Origin: the human T2T-CHM13v2.0 reference genome, Homo sapiens
Length of the DNA stretch: 64,000 nt
Reading direction: 5' to 3' (one strand)
NCBI RefSeq assembly: GCF_009914755.1
Contig: NC_060947.1
How positions within the stretch are numbered: the stretch's first letter is position 1; each line of letters begins with the position of its first letter. The notes below the pieces were generated by a model. That model saw only the letters and a program-made list of their open reading frames with translations. It had not been told where the DNA came from and made no database searches. This document shows, piece after piece, positions 57,743 through 64,000 of the stretch. A program made the position numbers and the translations under genes.

Positions 57743-58076
57743 AACCCAGTTCTTTTCTTTCTGTATCCTTTCACAGTAAAGTGATGGAAGTTTAAGGGGA
57801 AATGTGGTGGCTCACTGTACCTTGGGAAATGGATTGCCAGTAGAGTAAAAGTCAAAGAGATATTTAGGAGTGCTTCATTCTAAGGCAGTTCTTCTCAAAC
57901 TACCTGTGGCAAAGGACTTTTTTTTTTTTTAATGTCCAATCCATCATTGATCCATGCTTTGGTAAAATCAGTAAAGATGACTAAGTAGAAAAATAAAAGA
58001 GAAAACAAGCCAAAGACATACACAAAGCAAAAGTTCAAGGTTCTCTCATTAGATTCCACAAATCTATTATTTGTAA

Positions 58077-58418
<342 letters not shown>

Positions 58419-58751
58419 TAAAATTATTTTATCAAATTGTTATCACAGTCTCTAAGGTCATACTCTCCATTTCTGTACGTATCTAATTGTGGACCAGTAC
58501 AAAACAGTTCAGAAAGCAGCACCAGTCCAGGGAACACATTGTGAGTAGCACAGTTATCGTGGATTTACTCTTTCACATAATACGTCAGTACAAACTACAG
58601 TATGTATCAGACTTTTCAAGAATTCAAGAATAGAAGGGCAAGATGATTTGACCTGAGTCTATTGAAATCATGTGAAACGAATGCCAGACGAGTAGGGTGT
58701 GTTGGGTTGATGCTTGTGCTCATGCATATATATTAAAAATCTAGCTCTGAG

Positions 58752-58979
58752 AACGCATGGACACCGGGAGGGGAACATCACATACCAGGGTCTGTCGGGA
58801 GTAGGGGGCGGACAAGGGGAGGGAGAGAATTAGGACAAATACCTAATGCATGCGGGGCTTAAAACCTAGATGACAGGTTGATAGGTGCAGCAAACCACCA
58901 TGGCACATGTATACCTATGTAACAAACCTGCAAGTTCTGCACATGTATTTCAGAAATTAAAATAGAAAATTAAAAAATG
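58752..58979 (+). mobile_element. 5'-truncated L1PA (about PA8-PA10) 3' end
   Basis: L1PA 3' UTR (ggtgcagcaaaccaccatggcacatgtatacctatgtaacaaacctgca); 17-bp perfect flanking repeat aaaaatctagctctgag at 58735-58751 and 58980-58996. Confidence 0.93.
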
Positions 58980-59424
58980 AAAAATCTAGCTCTGAGGGGG
59001 TTAAAGTAAGAATGTTCAAGGTCAAGATCAAAGAAGATAAAGACAGTATAAGAATAGTGTCTGTTTACAATCCTTTGGCTTAAAGAGATTTCTTCTTTTT
59101 CTAGCGTAAATATTCAGAAGGAAACAACACAAGCTCCTGGGGTTGAAAAACTTCTACAGCACAAGAAAAGGAATATTTTTACTAAAGGTTCAAAGCAAAA
59201 CAGATCTCTATTATGAAAATAAACTACAAAAATGAAAAGCAATTTTAGAGAATATCTATTGGTGCTTTCAATAAAAGATTCATGAAAAATTCTTTTTTAA
59301 AGTAGGAATAGGTGGTCATAAAGAGAACTGAGAAATATAAGAATGCAGAAATAAAAATTAAAGTTAATGACTTTCTGTTTCACCTGCATGTGCTTACAAG
59401 CCATCATTCCTGCCCTTACAAGAA

Positions 59425-60250
59425 AAATCTGGACACACTGAAAATCAATGTCTTTTCTCTGACCCAACAGAGAACTGAGTTTTCAGGGCAAATTGCCACC
59501 ATCATCATCTGGAAAGACAAAGAAGTCCAGAGAGTCACAGTCAAGCTCTGCTTACCTGGAGCAGAAGACATGCTGGAACCATAAACTTAAATGGCAGTTT
59601 GGAAAAATTGCTGGAGGCTGAGTGTCGACTAATATGACATTGAAAGACCCATGGGAGCTGAAGTCATAGCTGGGACCCCCACACTGTTGTGGGCTTTACC
59701 TCCAAGAACCCTGCCACGTTTTCATGATGAAGGTCCAAGAAAGACCCTTCCTGTGCTGGCAGCGGGAGGGGAAGATTAATCTAATCATTTGAAATATGCC
59801 CAGAGACTTCTCCATAAAAAAGGACTACTTTACTAAGGGGAATTACTTTACCAGAGGCTTATCCCACCTAACAGAAGTGCATTTCCTGTACTTCAGCCTC
59901 CTTAGCCTTCCTGTCTCACCTAAGAGGGGAAGTTTTAAAAAACTAAGAAATATCTGCGAAGGTCATAGCCGAAGGTCACATGCTCACTAAAAGGCTGAGA
60001 TTTCATCATAATATTATAGAACACTTTTCCTCCCCACACCCTACTACGACACCAACAGGGCTCCAGCATAATGACAGTGAATTCCAGCTGAAAGAGCAGA
60101 AAGATCCAGATTCTCCCTGAGGGGGAGTATTAAGGAATCCCAAAGTCAAGCAGGGAGACAAAAAAAAAAAAAAAACAAAAAAACAAAAAACAAACAAAAA
60201 AAAACGCACTAGAGGAATGTGAGGTCTCTGGCACCAACTGTGATTAGCAG
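59425..60250 (+). mobile_element. Old L1M 5'-region fragment
   Basis: ctggacacactgaaaatcaa...agaactgag..tcagggcaaattgccacc resembles L1M 5' ends. Confidence 0.5.
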
Positions 60251-60309
60251 ATTTAGTCTTTCACGTGATACATATAGCAAACATCAAATACAGCACAAAT
60301 TCTAGCCTG

Positions 60310-60696
60310 CCAGGTCCTTGCAGTTATAAGACTGAAGTTCCGTTTTCTTAATGAATACTAGTCAGGGACTACTGTCAGCAATTAGATATCACTCCCAGGT
60401 CCCTTTGACCTGCAGATCCTTCCATGTTAGCAACAGAGAACCTCCCTTGCATCAAATCTCTCTCACACTTTGAATCTCTCTCTGACTTTTTCTTCTACCA
60501 CCAGCTAGAGAAGACTTTACTTTAGAAGGACTAGTGATTAAGTTAGGCCCACCCAGAAATTTCTTTACCTTAGGGTCAAGACTAGTAACCTTAATACATC
60601 TAGAAATTTTCTCTTGCAATGCAACCTAATGTAATCATGGGAGTAGCATCAGGAAGTAATGGTCGTGGGGGCCATCTCAGAATTCTGCCTGCCACA
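60310..60696 (-). mobile_element. MLT1E/F-like LTR fragment
   Basis: Ends gggggccatctcagaattctgcctgccaca, the reverse of the MLT1 5' terminus. Confidence 0.75.
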
Positions 60697-61616
60697 GAGA
60701 GTTCAGTAAAGTATATAAATAGAAAATGTATGAAGATTAATAGCTTATTACCCAAAATAACTAGATAATAAAGGTTTAAGCTGTAAAACAAATGTATGAT
60801 ACACCACATGTACATATACACATATTCTAAAAATTGTAACTAAGAGCCATAGAGAAAATAATTAAATGGGAAGATATGCTATCTTCATGAATGAAGACAG
60901 TGAAGGCCATAAAGAGCTTAATCCTTCCAGGGGTAGACCTTGATTTGTTTTCCCAGAACATCATTTGGGGAACTAATATGGTTTTGGAGGGGGCCTAACA
61001 ACCACAGATACCTCAAACTCTAGTAATGGGGTGTGGTTGCGTGAATGAGGCTGTGTCAGTAGTAGAACTTTACTCCCAAGACATTGCAATTAGAGGGACT
61101 GGCACAGGTCCCAGGCAGGCCAATAAGACACTTGCTTAGGGAATTTTAAGACAGAAGCTGATTGAGAGAATGCCTCTTATTTTCCTCTTTGGTTGGCCAT
61201 TGTATGAATTTGACTTAAGAACTGCTAGTTTTGATTGGAGCCCAGAATAAGAGAAGGCTTTTGTCTAGGCTGCTGTGCGAACTGCTCTGCTACTTGGGAC
61301 ATATGACCCAGGAGCTCCAGTGGTGCTTAAAGTGTCAGTGACAGAGAAGGATGCATTTTGAAGTCTTTGGCAAGCCCCTATAAGTGACACAAAACTGGAC
61401 CCTTAGAATTTTGGAGCTAACCACTGCCATACTCTGCAGATAACTGCTCTCTTTTTCAGAAACAACTTTTGCCTTGCTACTGAGCCTTTGTAGAGACTGG
61501 ATGCTTAACCATGAGCCACTAACTCACCATGGAATCTGAGCTCCCCATCGTGAGTTTGAGGTTGTTCAACTAGATAAGCCATAAAGTTGTGTGTGCAAAG
61601 AAGCACTCCATTATCA

Positions 61617-62034
<418 letters not shown>

Positions 62035-62621
62035 TCACTTTTCCAACTTGTATCGATGGTCTGGTGGGGAGTTCCCTATGACAAGGGGAAGGAAGAAAAA
62101 CCTCAGATTTGGTTTACTGGTGATGCTGCATGACATGAAGACACTACATGAAAGCAGATAGTGGCAGCATCTACAGTGTTGCTCAATAACAGCCTTGAAA
62201 GACAGGGATGAGGGGAAAATCATCCTCACAGTGGGCAGGATTTTGAGTAGTCTACCTGGGTACTTGAATGGACACTTATACTGGATATGGATTTACCTTC
62301 TCTGTCCACAAAGCTTCTTCCAAAACTACCATCCATAAACTTACCTTATCTACTATCATGATACTAGACTGCTTCCAAACAAGGAACCCACATCACGGCA
62401 AATGAAACATGGCAATGGGCCCGTGCTCACAGACTTTACTGGTCGTACCATGCTCCCCATCATCCTGAAGCAGCTGGCTTGATAGAAACAGAGTGGTCTT
62501 TTGAAAATGCTGTTATGGCCTTTTGAAAACACCTTGCAGGGTTGGGCAATGTCTTCCAGGATGCTTTGAGTCAGAGTCCACTATATGGTGCTGTTTCTCC
62601 CATAGTCAATATTCATAGATC

Positions 62622-62940
<319 letters not shown>

Positions 62941-63928
62941 TCATACATTTAAAAAGCCAGCGGTGAAAATAGGAGTAGCAGCACTCACTATTACCTCTAC
63001 TAATCCATTAACAAAATGTTGCTTCCTATCCCTATGTTGTAGGCTCTACTAGTCTAGAGATCGTAGTTCTAAGGGAGTAATACTTTCAAAAGGGGACCCA
63101 ACATTAATTCCACTGAAATGGAAGATGAGACTGCTGCCTGTCTACTCTGGATACCTTATGCCATTGAATTAACAGGCAGAAAATGAGATTATTTTCTGGC
63201 TAGGGTGTTCAGTTCTATCAGGGAAAAATTGTGTGACCAGTAGCAACACAATTGTTACTAGTAACACAATAGAGTAACAATCATATATGGAATGCAGGAA
63301 ATCTTCAAGAGTGCCTCTTAATACTTCCATGTCCTAGATTAAAGTCAACAAAAAACTGTAACAATTCAATTCAGGCAGGACTGCTAATACCCCAGAGCTT
63401 TCAAGAATGAAGTTTTGTGTCACTCCACCAAGCAAAGAACTATGACCAGCTGAGGTGCTTGCTGAGGGCAAAAAGAATAGCAATAGATAGAATATGGGAA
63501 AAAGGTAGTGATTGATATTAACTATGACCATATGACCCTTGCAGAAACAAGGACTATAAGAGTTGTAAGTATTTCTTCCTTATTTTAATATAAATATGTT
63601 TTTATATATTAACCAGACATTTTATTTTTTTTCGCTTTCATGGCCCCTTATCATCTAACACAAGTTGTCTTAATAATAGTTTACTTTATATCTTAGCACT
63701 TAAGTTACAAGCTATAAAATGATATATGTGAAGCAGCCTGGAAAATAATAAACGTCACCCAAGGACAAAAAAAGAAACTTGGGAAAAGGGTTAGCATTTT
63801 TTTTTTTCAGTTGTATGAGAGATAGTTATATCACACTAGGCAGAGGCATGCCTTTGGCATTATCATTATTCAGTGATTAAGTATACTTTAAGGAGATATA
63901 TATGGATGCCAAGTTGTCTAGGGGTGGA

Positions 63929-64000
63929 TTTTAATGGCTTTGTAATGTTATCAACTTGCCTAGGCTGAGCTACACTTCCCAGAATTCACTCTCTTGTTTG
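63929..64000 (+). mobile_element. Start of MLT2-type 3' LTR of the ERV-L
   Basis: Follows the purine tract; atgttatcaacttgcctaggct resembles the MLT2 5' end. Confidence 0.65.

Overview
Human (or near-identical great-ape) DNA containing the 5' half of SRPX (sushi-repeat-containing protein, X-linked; Xp11.4) on the minus strand. Coding exon 1 (52390-52294, signal peptide) lies in a CpG island. It is followed by a 42.4-kb intron 1, then exons 2 (9942-9883), 3 (5950-5759) and 4 (3656-3480). All junctions are GT-AG, phase 1 and in frame, and the gene continues off the left edge. The rest is intron or upstream DNA dominated by Alu, L1, L2/CR1, MaLR/ERVL/ERV1 LTRs, hAT/Tigger/mariner MITEs and a decayed ERV-L. 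Repeat names come from recalled consensus sequences and need Dfam confirmation. I found no evidence of a new multi-gene system. The most unexplained items are small: an 85-bp, 95%-identical direct repeat bracketing exons 3-4 and carrying a sense poly(A) signal; a templated ~40-bp insertion inside an Alu copied from 1.3 kb away; and a 69-bp near-perfect palindrome in intron 1.
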